Below, piece after piece: positions 17,182-26,117 of a stretch of 64,000 bases of DNA. The DNA is from a virus (lineage: Duplodnaviria; Caudoviricetes). Position numbers and translations under genes: made by a program. The stretch's first letter is position 1; each line of letters starts with the position of its first letter. The stretch is from the IMG/VR virus record IMGVR_UViG_3300047160_031539, positions 9,633-73,632 of that record, one strand, 5' to 3'. Under the pieces are notes generated by a model. That model searched no databases, was not told where the DNA came from, and saw only the letters and a program-made list of their open reading frames with translations.

Positions 17182-18045
17182 TCAGCACCTCCAGAAGGCG
17201 AGCACCCGGGCGGCCAGGTGACCCAGGTAGGCGTCCGGGGACCATTCATAACACGGCAGAGAGAAAGTCGGCAAGGCCAAGGGGTCGATGTTCTCCAGGC
17301 GGCCGAAGACGTAATAGCGGTCCTGGCGGTAGGTGTCCTCGTCGTCGATGACGATCACGGGACGGTTGAAAAAGCCGGCGTACCGCGGCGAGGTCGGCGA
17401 GCCGCCGCCGCCGCCCTTGGAGGTCGGCAGGACGAACAGGAAGTGGCTGACGGGGGCGAACATGTCTGCCAGATCCTCGACCCGGCTCTGCCAGGGGTAA
17501 GTGGCCACCTGGACACCTTCCTCGCAGCACCGGTCGATGTAATCGGCGTACTGGACGGCCAGCGTGTCGGGGCCGCAGGCGTAGAAAGACAACCCGTGCG
17601 ACCTCGCCCATGCCCCCATCTCCCGGACGTGCTTCTTGGGCTCGACGTGCCCGAACGTGGCCAGGCACGTCGGCAAGGTCGCGGCCGGCACCAGGGGGCC
17701 GAAGACGGGCATCCGCACCAGTTCGGGGCCGTAGACGTGATTGGCCTGCATTCCCGAGCGGGTCCAGACGAAACTCGGGTAGTGGCCCGGCGTGGGCACG
17801 CAGTCGTTGTTGTGCAGGACGCCGAAGGGCTTACCGTCGGCGGCCAGGACGCACAGGTGCCGGTCGATAAGTTCCCGCGGGTAGAGGTCGGACACCGTCA
17901 CGGCCAGGTAAACGTCCGCCTCGCACGCCCGGGGGTGGGAGGCGATCACGACCTCGTGGACACTCGAGTGGCGGGCCAGCGTGCGCAGCCAGTTGCCGAC
18001 CGCCTCGTAGACCCAGCCGCCCGGGTAAAGAAAAGCGACCTTCAC
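17182..18045 (-). CDS. Putative glycosyltransferase (GT-B/GT4-like)
   Basis: KVAFLYP..., ATFGHVEPKKHV and RPVIVID, inside the sugar cluster. Confidence 0.6.
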   Translation of the reverse strand: MKVAFLYPGGWVYEAVGNWLRTLARHSSVHEVVIASHPRACEADVYLAVTVSDLYPRELIDRHLCVLAADGKPFGVLHNNDCVPTPGHYPSFVWTRSGMQANHVYGPELVRMPVFGPLVPAATLPTCLATFGHVEPKKHVREMGAWARSHGLSFYACGPDTLAVQYADYIDRCCEEGVQVATYPWQSRVEDLADMFAPVSHFLFVLPTSKGGGGGSPTSPRYAGFFNRPVIVIDDEDTYRQDRYYVFGRLENIDPLALPTFSLPCYEWSPDAYLGHLAARVLAFWRC

Positions 18046-18728
18046 GGGTTCCTCCGCAACACCAGGGAGGCGAAGGTGTAATCGTAGACCCACGGCGAGA
18101 AGTGCGACCAGTCGGGCTCCCCACGCCAGCAACCGACGGCGTCGTAGGGCCGCCCCAGCCGGCCCAGGAGGGCCATCAGGGCCCGCAGAGAGGACTCGCT
18201 GTAGGTGCGCAGGTGCCCCCCCACCAGCCGCTTGCCGGTCGGGTGAAAGTCGGCCGTCAGAACCAGAAGACCCCCCGGCCTCACCTTCCCCAGGAGCCTG
18301 TCGGCGAAACCAAAGTCGTCCCCGACGTGCTCGATCACCGACAGGCAGGCCACCACGTCGTAAGGGCCCTCACGCCACGACTGCAAGTCCGAGTTGCCGA
18401 AGCGGATGTTCTGGCCGATCAGGGCCCCCTGTGCCGCCACCCGGGCTGCACAGTCTCCCGGGTCAATCTGGGTCACGTCCGCCCCACAGCGGGCGGCCGC
18501 GGGACTGAACAGGCCGCCGCCGCCGCCCACGTCCAGGACCGTCTGGGCGTCGGAACGGGTGCAACACCGCAGGGCCAGGGCGTACTCCCAGAAGCAGGAC
18601 GGGTGCGGGATGCCGGGCGGGGCCGGTGCCAGGTGGGCCTTCATCCCGTACAGGAAACCCAGTTCGGGGTCCAGAAGGTTGAAGTCGGCCGGGTTGAGCA
18701 GCTTGGAGTAGGTCGGCAGGTCTCTCAC
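18042..18728 (-). CDS. Class I SAM methyltransferase (paralogue B)
   Basis: WEYALAL, VLDVGGGGG, YDVVACLSVIEH. Confidence 0.85.
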   Translation of the reverse strand: MRDLPTYSKLLNPADFNLLDPELGFLYGMKAHLAPAPPGIPHPSCFWEYALALRCCTRSDAQTVLDVGGGGGLFSPAAARCGADVTQIDPGDCAARVAAQGALIGQNIRFGNSDLQSWREGPYDVVACLSVIEHVGDDFGFADRLLGKVRPGGLLVLTADFHPTGKRLVGGHLRTYSESSLRALMALLGRLGRPYDAVGCWRGEPDWSHFSPWVYDYTFASLVLRRNP

Positions 18729-19417
18729 AACTCCCTCTGGAGAACGAGCGAGGCAAAAGTGTAATCGCAGACTTCCGGCGTGAAACCGGACCAGTCCGGC
18801 GGGTGAGGCCACCACGAGACCGTGCCCAGCCGCCCCAAATCCCAGTCCGTACCGAAGGGCCTGACCAGTTCCTCCAGGCGGGCCTCGTTGTAGGTCCGCA
18901 GGTGCCCCGTCACCCGGGGCTGGCCGGACGGGTGGAAGTCGGTCGTCAGGACGATCAGGCCCCCGACCCGCGTCCTCCGCAGCAACTCCTCGAGGAACGC
19001 AACATCATCGGGCGTGTGCTCGATCACGCTCACGGAGGCCACCACGTCGTACTCTTCCGGTGAATGCTCGTGGAGATAACACTGCCTGAACGCCATGGGC
19101 CGGCCCACGCGGGCGGCCTGGGCGGCCACCAGGGGGCCGAAGTGCCCGGGGTCAATCTGGGTCACTTCCAGGCCGCAGCGGGCCGCCGCGGGGCTCAGGA
19201 GGCCGCCGCCGCCGCCAACGTCCAGAAAGGTCCCGGCCCCCGACCGCAGGGCACACCGCAGGGCCAGGGCGTACTCCCAGTAACGGTTGGGGTGCGGCAC
19301 GTCCGGCGGGCAGGGGCTCAGGTGGGCGTTCATGCCGTAGAGGAAGCCCAACTCGGGGTCGAGGAAGTCGTAGTCCCCCGGCCGGAGCACCCTGGAATAG
19401 GTCGGCAAGTCTCTCAC
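18725..19417 (-). CDS. Class I SAM methyltransferase (paralogue A)
   Basis: WEYALAL, FLDVGGGGG, YDVVASVSVIEH; colinear with 18042-18728. Confidence 0.85.
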   Translation of the reverse strand: MRDLPTYSRVLRPGDYDFLDPELGFLYGMNAHLSPCPPDVPHPNRYWEYALALRCALRSGAGTFLDVGGGGGLLSPAAARCGLEVTQIDPGHFGPLVAAQAARVGRPMAFRQCYLHEHSPEEYDVVASVSVIEHTPDDVAFLEELLRRTRVGGLIVLTTDFHPSGQPRVTGHLRTYNEARLEELVRPFGTDWDLGRLGTVSWWPHPPDWSGFTPEVCDYTFASLVLQREL

Positions 19418-19429
19418 GGTCGGTCCCTC

Positions 19430-19453
19430 CCGGTGGCGCAAATGCGCCACCTG
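19430..19453. repeat. 24-bp palindrome, copy 5 (variant CCGGTGGCGCAAATGCGCCACCTG)
   Basis: 4 nt after the stop at 19458 and abutting the GGAGG RBS of the 19417 gene. Confidence 0.92.
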
Positions 19454-19457
19454 ACAC

Positions 19458-20234
19458 TCAACCGGGCTCGGAAGCCAGGTAGTCCTTCAGCCGTTCGTAG
19501 TCGGCCGCCGAGACGACCGACGGCACGTCGTGCCGCCTGGGCATCCGGGACCGCCACCGCCGGTACTGGGCGTAGTCGTGCGTGTGGATGTAGTGCCGCG
19601 GATTACCCGTCTGGTACTGGTTGACCGACACCTTGCCCGCCAGGAGGCTGGCCAGGTAGTGCTCAAGCCCCGGATAGCCCCTGACCGCCCCCACGTCGAA
19701 GACGCCCGCCAGGGCGGCCGTCCTGGAGGCAAAAAAGGCCGTGTTGACCGAGTCGGACCAGCGGAAGCCGGAATAGTCGGCCCCGGCGTCCAGGTCGGCC
19801 AGCATCGCCCGCACCGAACCGGGCCAGGGGATGATGTCCTCGGCCGTGTGGACGTAGTAAGGGTAGCCCCAGTAACCGGCACACTCCAGCCCCTGCCGCA
19901 GGGTGATGGACGCCCCGATCTGGTGGTCGGCGTCCTCGGGGCTGGCCAGGACCGTGACCCGCTTCATCACCTCCCAGAGCAGGTCCCGCTCGGCACCCGT
20001 GGGGACCTGGAGGATCGGCAAAAGGGCCGAGGCCGTCACCACTACCCGTGCCTCCCGGCGGTCGGGGTGACGGCCCAGGCCACGGGCGATCCCCTGGTAA
20101 AGGCTCACCGCCTCCAGAAGCCACTCCATGTGGTCCTTGGCGCCGACCATGACGGCGCCGGGGGAGCCGGCCACCGCCCCCTTGGCGTGCGAACCACACC
20201 AGGAAATCCCCACGAGTACGGCGGGCAGAGGCAT
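19458..20234 (-). CDS. Putative GT-A-like glycosyltransferase (paralogue of 21001-21687)
   Basis: QIGASITLRQGLECAG..GYPYYVHTAEDIIP (xED motif), within the sugar cluster. Confidence 0.5.
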   Translation of the reverse strand: MPLPAVLVGISWCGSHAKGAVAGSPGAVMVGAKDHMEWLLEAVSLYQGIARGLGRHPDRREARVVVTASALLPILQVPTGAERDLLWEVMKRVTVLASPEDADHQIGASITLRQGLECAGYWGYPYYVHTAEDIIPWPGSVRAMLADLDAGADYSGFRWSDSVNTAFFASRTAALAGVFDVGAVRGYPGLEHYLASLLAGKVSVNQYQTGNPRHYIHTHDYAQYRRWRSRMPRRHDVPSVVSAADYERLKDYLASEPG

Positions 20235-20242
20235 CGGGGTCC

Positions 20243-21004
20243 TCAGCCGAGACGGTTCAGGCAGTCCACGACCTCGGCGGCCGTGGGGTTGACGAGGTAG
20301 TGGTTCAGGGGCGAGCGGACGAAGTGCCGCGAGTCACCGCCGCCGGAGTGGACGCACAGCCGCGTGAGATAAAACCCGTTGGCGCAGACCAGGTGACTGG
20401 TCGAGCCGCCAACGAAACCCAGTGAGCCGGCGATCAGGGAACACTCCTGGAGGTAGTCACAGCCGGTGCGGTCGATGACCCTGTCCGTCGAGACCCTCTC
20501 GCCGGCCGCCCCGACCTGCACCACCGGGTGGCGGCAAGACTCCACCAACTCAACGTGCCCGGCGGCCGACAGGTCGCAGCCGGCCAGGACGACGTAGCCG
20601 GGCCTCACGTAAAGGGGCGAGTCGGGTCCCAGAAGCGGGCAGTCGTAGTGAATCGGCAAGCCCCCGGGCAGGCCGACCGAGGCCGCGATATAGTCCGGCA
20701 GGGGGCGATCCGGGGTCGAGCGGTAGCCCAGGTGGAAGACGGCGTCGTAGCCGTCTTCCGGCACCGGCATCTGCCACGGCTGGACACCACAGCCGGCGTG
20801 CTCCATGCGGTACCCGGGGCTGACGACGAACCGGCGGACGAAGGACTGGTAGCCGATCAGGGGCCCGAGGTTGCGGCAGTGCTCCGAGGTATAGAAGTCG
20901 CAGCGGGCCGCCCGGTCGTAGCAGAGCCTCCGGGCCGCCGGCAAGGCGTAGAGACAGTCACCCCGCTTGCCGGGGTGCGTGACGGCGATGACCCTCTCGC
21001 TCAC
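20243..21004 (-). CDS. GT9 (heptosyltransferase)-like glycosyltransferase
   Basis: HPGKRGDCLYALPAARRL, VVQVGAAGE, LIAGSLGFVGGSTSHLVCA. Confidence 0.65.
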   Translation of the reverse strand: MSERVIAVTHPGKRGDCLYALPAARRLCYDRAARCDFYTSEHCRNLGPLIGYQSFVRRFVVSPGYRMEHAGCGVQPWQMPVPEDGYDAVFHLGYRSTPDRPLPDYIAASVGLPGGLPIHYDCPLLGPDSPLYVRPGYVVLAGCDLSAAGHVELVESCRHPVVQVGAAGERVSTDRVIDRTGCDYLQECSLIAGSLGFVGGSTSHLVCANGFYLTRLCVHSGGGDSRHFVRSPLNHYLVNPTAAEVVDCLNRLG

Positions 21005-21687
21005 AGGCCAACCTCCTTGCACCACCGCCGCCACTCCGGCCAGTCATGCGTGTGCCGGTAGAGGCGGCCCAACTCCAGCCGTGCCACTGCCCGACCCTCC
21101 AGGAGCTGCCCCAGATAACGCTCCAGGCAGGGACCCGACCCGTCCTGCCAGACGGCACAGGGGTCAAAGAGGCCGGCCAGGCGGCCGACCTGGCAGCCGA
21201 AAAACTGGGCGTTGACCTGGCCCGGCGACCACGCCTGGCCCACGTACTCGTAACCCCCGACCGTCAGGTGCTCCAGCATGGTGGCAACGGCATCGGGTGT
21301 CGGGAAAATATCCTCACAAGTGTGAATCAGACAGTCGTAGCCCAGCTTGCCCGCACACTCCAGGCCCAGCCGGATCGTCCAGGCCGCCCCCTGCTGGTGG
21401 CCGGGGTTCTGGGCCATCGTCACGAACCGCGACCACCTGAACGCCTCCCAGTACCAGTCCCGCTCCAGGTTGTTCTGCTGCACGTCCACGTCCGGCCAGC
21501 CCGGCCAGCCCGTGATCGAGACGAAGAAGTGCCGCGGGGACAGACCAGGGCAGCGGAAGCGGTAAAGCTCCAGGGCCGAACACAGCCAGCGGGCGTGGTC
21601 CTCGCCCCGCATCTGGTTGGCCCAGTCGCCGCCGCGGTAGTGCTCGGCACAGTGCCCAAAGTTGATCGCCACCTTGGTGTTGGTCAT
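21001..21687 (-). CDS. Putative GT-A-like glycosyltransferase (paralogue of 19458-20234)
   Basis: QQGAAWTIRLGLECAG..GYDCLIHTCEDIFP. Confidence 0.5.
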   Translation of the reverse strand: MTNTKVAINFGHCAEHYRGGDWANQMRGEDHARWLCSALELYRFRCPGLSPRHFFVSITGWPGWPDVDVQQNNLERDWYWEAFRWSRFVTMAQNPGHQQGAAWTIRLGLECAGKLGYDCLIHTCEDIFPTPDAVATMLEHLTVGGYEYVGQAWSPGQVNAQFFGCQVGRLAGLFDPCAVWQDGSGPCLERYLGQLLEGRAVARLELGRLYRHTHDWPEWRRWCKEVGL

Positions 21688-21688
21688 T

Positions 21689-21928
21689 TTACCCTCGTTT
21701 TGGCCTGTGCCTCGGCCGACCCGACTTCTTCGGGGCCCTGTTCGGCGTCTGCGTCTGCGCCTGCACCTGCGCCTTGATGTCGAGCAATGCCCTGTCCATG
21801 CAGTCGTAAAGATACTTGATCATATGGTCGGCGATCCCTCTGAACCCCTGGGCACAGAACCGCTCGTGCGTGCGGATAATCAGGCCAGCCAGGGCGTCCG
21901 CACCATAGTCTTTGGCTTCTTGGTCCAC
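21689..21928 (-). CDS. Hypothetical protein
   Basis: GGAGG RBS plus GTG after palindrome 6. Confidence 0.6.
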   Translation of the reverse strand: MDQEAKDYGADALAGLIIRTHERFCAQGFRGIADHMIKYLYDCMDRALLDIKAQVQAQTQTPNRAPKKSGRPRHRPKRG

Positions 21929-21946
21929 GGAAACCTCCCTTCATGC

Positions 21947-21970
21947 CAGGTGGCGCAATTGCGCCACCTG
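21947..21970. repeat. 24-bp palindrome, copy 6 (perfect)
   Basis: Intergenic between 21988 and 21928. Confidence 0.95.
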
Positions 21971-21987
21971 AAGCTCTAGCCCAGCTT

Positions 21988-22281
21988 TCATTTCTCAATC
22001 TCCCTGTAAAGGTGCTCCAGGCCAAAGGCCCGGATCATCGTGTCCACCGCCGACCGCCGCAGGAAATGCGTCCGGTCGGGCCCATCGTCCTCCTCGTTCC
22101 TCCCCTCAAGGTCCAGGACGATGGCCTTGTGGAAGTTGTGGGCGGCCATGAAGCCGTCGATATACGCCATCCCCTCGGGGTTCCTCCCCAGGTACTCACT
22201 GATGAACTCCTCGTAGCAGGCGATCAGGCGTCCGGTCAATTCCTCGACCACCCCCCGGTCAGCCGCAACAACCTTATCCAC
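21988..22281 (-). CDS. Hypothetical protein
   Basis: 97-aa acidic ORF with a GGAGG RBS. Confidence 0.65.
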   Translation of the reverse strand: MDKVVAADRGVVEELTGRLIACYEEFISEYLGRNPEGMAYIDGFMAAHNFHKAIVLDLEGRNEEDDGPDRTHFLRRSAVDTMIRAFGLEHLYREIEK

Positions 22282-22627
22282 TCGCCACCTCCTTTAACTC
22301 CTGCAGGCCGACCTCGAAGTCGGTCAACTCCTCCGTCCAGAACGACCACTCCCAGACTTGCCCCCCGTGCCACTTCACGCAGCACAGGCTCACCACCCTC
22401 GCCGGCCCCCCGTCCAGGCCGTACAGCACTTTTCCCGTCTCCCCGAGGGCCGCCTTGACCGGGTCCACGCGGTCAGCCGGCATGTCAAACAGCACCGTCC
22501 AGTTCCGACGCGAACGGCCAGAAAAAACCACCGGGGAGTCGCCGTAACACATCGGCCCGGCGGTCAGCTGCAGCCGCAGGCCGCCGTACTCGACGAATTG
22601 CGGGCCCTTCTTCTTCACCCGAACCAC
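22274..22627 (-). CDS. Hypothetical protein
   Basis: 117-aa ORF overlapping both neighbours. Confidence 0.55.
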   Translation of the reverse strand: MVRVKKKGPQFVEYGGLRLQLTAGPMCYGDSPVVFSGRSRRNWTVLFDMPADRVDPVKAALGETGKVLYGLDGGPARVVSLCCVKWHGGQVWEWSFWTEELTDFEVGLQELKEVASG

Positions 22628-24513
22628 CCCCTCGCCTCCATCAGGGCGATGACCTCGTCCGGCTTCTCCCGGAGGTACAGGAGCGGCAGATAGTTGCCCT
22701 TGGACGTGAACGCCGGGTTGGTCCAGGCCGAGGCCATCCGCTCGTCGAAGGCGACCAGCCGCTTGGGGTGAATGCTGTTACCGTCGGGCCGCCACCACAT
22801 CGCCACCCGCTTGCCCAGGTAGTGGGCGAAGATCCCCAGACCGCACTGGTAGCTGACGAAGAACTGGGACCGCCGCAGGAGGGCCATCGTCTCGCCAATC
22901 TCAAATTTCCCGATCAGGTTGTAACAGGAGACCCCGGCCTCCTCCATGCCCCTCTTGACGTAGTGGTCCCAGTAGGACATGTCGTAAGGGGCCCCGACCA
23001 GGACGATCTTGAGGTCGCGGGCGGAAACGGACTTGGCCAGCGTGACCCAGTCCTTGGGCTCCCACAGGAAGCCGCGGTTGTGGCCTTCGTCCACATTTCC
23101 CGATTCGGGGCCCAAATAGAAAGCGACGAAAGGAGAGAGGGCCCGGCCGACCTCGTCGCCCCGCTCGGTGCCCGACCAGTCGAAGTCGTCCACCACGGAC
23201 CAGTCGATCGGGTGCTCGGGCAGCCACTCCTCCAGCCGCCGGCCGTCCTCCAGCACCTTGTTGGGCACCAGGTAGTGAAAGCCGTTGTGCTCGCCGTCGG
23301 ACAGGTAACGCCAGCGACCCTTTTCGTCGTTCTTCTTCTCGTCCTCCTCGTAGCCGGCGTCCAGGACGGGCACGTCCAGGACTGTGGCGGACCTGACGAA
23401 GGGGAAGCGTTTGACGAAGGGGATGGCCCGGCGGTCGATCTCCCGGCGCATGTCGCCGCACAGGACCAGGTCGATGGCCCCCCCGGCGGCCACGGCCTTG
23501 ATCTTGTGCAGGACCCAGAGGATGTCGCCGATGCCGTTGGGCACGGCGTAGGCCACTCCGGCACCCTTGGGCCGCTCGAAGCGGAGGACCTCCGAGAGCC
23601 ACTCGCGGGCGGCGTCCACCATGCCGCCGTCGCCCCGGTAGACGCGGAAGCGGTAGTGGGCCTCGAAGAAGGAGGCCACCTGGTTGTCCTCGCAGGGCGG
23701 CACCGAACGCCAGTCGGCCGGGACCAGGTGCATCGTCGTCGGGCACGGGTCGTGGAACTGCACCGGGCTGTGGTCCCTCCAGATGGAGAGGGAGGGCGTG
23801 CCGGTCGCACTGGCACACTTGCCGGGGCCCGAGTCGATACCCACGAACGCCTCGGCCATGTGGATCAGGGCCGCGATCGTCTCGGCGTCGCCGCTGCCGA
23901 ACTCCCCCCAGATGTCGCCCTTGCCGACCGGGGGACGGAAGACTCGCTTGTTGTCGGCCAGGGGGGAGCGGCCGTCCCAGTCCAGGAGGACCGGCACCCG
24001 GCCGGCGGCCAGGGCGTGGTCGATCAGCACCTTGGCCTGCCAGTGGGACAGGTTCTTCTTCCAGGTCGAGGTGTTGCCCTCGTAGTGGATGACGAAGGCG
24101 TTGTACTTCTCCGCCGCGACCTCCCTGCAGCCGATGGACCGCAGGTAGTTGGCCACCTTCCCCCGGCAGTCGCCCGACAGCTTGATCTCGTAGCGGGCCA
24201 GCTCCCGGTCCCAGCCCAGGCCAAAGACCTCCTGCAGGCAGTTGGTGATCTTGGAGTTGGGCCGGTCGCCGAAGTGCAGGTAGTTCTCGTACCAGCCGAT
24301 GTCGGCAACCGTGTCGTAGAGCTTGTGCGGTGGCTCGGGCTCCTGGTCGTGCCACACGGCGTTGCAGAAGCCGCGGAGGGCCGAGTGCTTGCCCCGGCCG
24401 CAGCGGACGTCGATCTGCCAGTCGGGGCGGTGCTTTTTCAGGTGCTTGAGCACCACAACGAACTGCACCACGTCGCCCAGCCCGTGGCTGAAACGCAGGA
24501 GAATCTTGGCCAC
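22615..24513 (-). CDS. Tandem two-domain GT9 (ADP-heptose:heptosyltransferase-like) glycosyltransferase
   Basis: Two GT9 N-motifs (FSHGLGDVV; VPNGIGDILW) and two C-motifs (AEAFVGIDSGPGK; SQFFVSYQCGLG). Confidence 0.85.
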   Translation of the reverse strand: MAKILLRFSHGLGDVVQFVVVLKHLKKHRPDWQIDVRCGRGKHSALRGFCNAVWHDQEPEPPHKLYDTVADIGWYENYLHFGDRPNSKITNCLQEVFGLGWDRELARYEIKLSGDCRGKVANYLRSIGCREVAAEKYNAFVIHYEGNTSTWKKNLSHWQAKVLIDHALAAGRVPVLLDWDGRSPLADNKRVFRPPVGKGDIWGEFGSGDAETIAALIHMAEAFVGIDSGPGKCASATGTPSLSIWRDHSPVQFHDPCPTTMHLVPADWRSVPPCEDNQVASFFEAHYRFRVYRGDGGMVDAAREWLSEVLRFERPKGAGVAYAVPNGIGDILWVLHKIKAVAAGGAIDLVLCGDMRREIDRRAIPFVKRFPFVRSATVLDVPVLDAGYEEDEKKNDEKGRWRYLSDGEHNGFHYLVPNKVLEDGRRLEEWLPEHPIDWSVVDDFDWSGTERGDEVGRALSPFVAFYLGPESGNVDEGHNRGFLWEPKDWVTLAKSVSARDLKIVLVGAPYDMSYWDHYVKRGMEEAGVSCYNLIGKFEIGETMALLRRSQFFVSYQCGLGIFAHYLGKRVAMWWRPDGNSIHPKRLVAFDERMASAWTNPAFTSKGNYLPLLYLREKPDEVIALMEARGWFG

Positions 24514-24744
24514 CTACCCCTCCCTGTACGTCGCTATCTCGCGAACGTCCCGGTTCAGAAGCCACTCCAGGCAGCACGCACACCCCACCAGCTCCTCGCG
24601 ACGAGTCACCTCAAAGGTGAAAGCAAGTCGCCCACAGGCGACCACACACTCCCCGTTGGCGCTCCCGCCGCCGTCGGCGTCCCGCAGGAAGTAATGCCAC
24701 TTCGAGAACGAAGCTGAACTACTCGACGTACTCGACGTGCTCAT
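24514..24744 (-). CDS. His/Cys Zn-finger miniprotein (family of 39099-39720)
   Basis: WHY...ACGR...GCACCLEWLLNRDVREIA aligns with the three miniproteins at 39.1-39.7 kb. Confidence 0.6.
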   Translation of the reverse strand: MSTSSTSSSSASFSKWHYFLRDADGGGSANGECVVACGRLAFTFEVTRREELVGCACCLEWLLNRDVREIATYREG

Positions 24745-24771
24745 TATCTTAACCGACAAACAAAACGTCAA
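24743..24771 (-). promoter_or_regulatory. Sigma70-type promoter
   Basis: TTGACG (24771-24766), 17 nt, GATAAT (24748-24743). The -10 overlaps the ATG of the 24744 gene, which is a caveat. Confidence 0.55.
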
Positions 24772-24780
24772 CGGAAGGCT

Positions 24781-24804
24781 CAGGTGGCGCAAATGCGCCA
24801 CCTG
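24781..24804. repeat. 24-bp palindrome, copy 7 (variant with AAAT centre)
   Basis: 2 nt after the GT9 stop and 9 nt upstream of TTGACG. Confidence 0.93.
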
Positions 24805-24806
24805 AC

Positions 24807-26117
24807 TCAACCTGAGCAGCAACGCAAGACCGCCTCGGCCACCGCCTCGGGCCGGATCATCTCCAGGCAGCGGGGGATGGGCGGGTCGCCGGGGACGGGC
24901 TGCTCGCACAAACTGCCGTCCTTCTGGTCGTTGTCGCCCAGGGGGACCGTCCGCGACCGCCAGCAGCCCCCCTCGCGGCAGCAGGACAGGAGGCCGACCG
25001 TGTGCAGGGTCTGCTGCAGCGGGTAGGCGTTCCAGGGCACGGGCTCCCGACCCCCCAGGATGCACACGTAGGGCTTCTTCGAGGCGGCGGCCAGGTGCAT
25101 CAGCAGAGTCGTGCCGCCCACGGCCCCCTGGGCGTGGTGGAGCAGGCGGACCAACTGGCGGTCGTCCGTCTTGCCCCGCAGGTCCACCACGCCGTCGAGG
25201 TCGGGGTGGCTGTGGCCGTTGTCCCCCTTGCCGACCTGAACAAATTGCACCCGGCCCCGCAGGAGGTCCACCAGCCGCTGGTAGTTCCGCTTCCCCCAGT
25301 GCTTGGCCGTGTAGTCGCTCTTGGTCCCGGCATTAAGCACCCAATACTGCTGGGCCCGGCCCGTCACCTCGTGGACCTGGGGCAGCCAGGCCTTCTCCTG
25401 CTCACTCAGCCAGATCATGGGCCGGTTGGTCGCCAGCGGGCAGGGGACGCGGAGGTTGTCGGCCAGAAACTCACAGTAAGCCTGCAGGAAGTGGATGGCC
25501 CTCTGGTTGCACTCGTTGACCGCGGGGTAGTGGGTCTGGCAGACCTCAAAGCCCCGCTGGCGGGCCTGGTCGAGGGAGACCACGTCAGGGTTGTGCTCCC
25601 AGAACGCCTGGGCGGTCGTGTCCACGGCAACCTCGAACTGGCCGGGGTTGGCCCTGTGGAGACTGTGGATGGCCGCCGTCATCACCAGCACGTCACCCGG
25701 TGACAGGTGGTTGACCAGGATCAGGCGGCGGGGCTCGGGCACGAGGGTTCGCGGCCTCCAGGCACAGGACTGACAGTCGTGGAGGGTGATTTCATCAAAC
25801 GAACCGTCCACTTTCAAGCGGGAGGGGCAACGGCACTGGAAGACCTCCAGTTCCTTGTCGCCCCCTCAGCCCGTCGAGCACCAGCGTTTCCGGACGGAGC
25901 CGTCCTCGTTGCGGACCCGCCTGTAGAGGTGCGGGCAACGGGGCACCTTGGCGGCAAGGGACCGGATGTCATTGTCGGCCTCGCGGTCGTAAAGGACCTT
26001 GTAGGCCAGGTCGTTGACGTAGAGCCAGCAGACCCGGCAGGACTTCCCGTCCCAGGGAGATCCCGTCGGCGGCAGCAGGGCATCGGCGTGCCCGCAGGGG
26101 CGGCCCATGAGGTTCAA
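24807..26117 (-). CDS. Cys-rich domain plus GT9 glycosyltransferase, candidate selenoprotein (in-frame UGA at 25868-25866)
   Basis: ORFs 25866-26117 and 24807-25817 share a frame, separated only by TGA: ...RWCSTG*GGDKELEVFQCRCPSRLK...HDCQSC...NHLSPGDVLVM. GT9 motifs VQFVQVG, DLRGKTDDRQL, GAVGGTTLLMHLAAA. Confidence 0.7.
25823..25868 (-). promoter_or_regulatory. Bacterial SECIS-like hairpin immediately 3' of the in-frame UGA
   Basis: UGA-GGGGGCGAC-AA-GG-A-ACUGGA-GGUCU-UCCAGU-G-CC-GUUGCCCCU: 9-bp lower stem, 6-bp upper stem and an apical AGGUCU. Confidence 0.7.
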
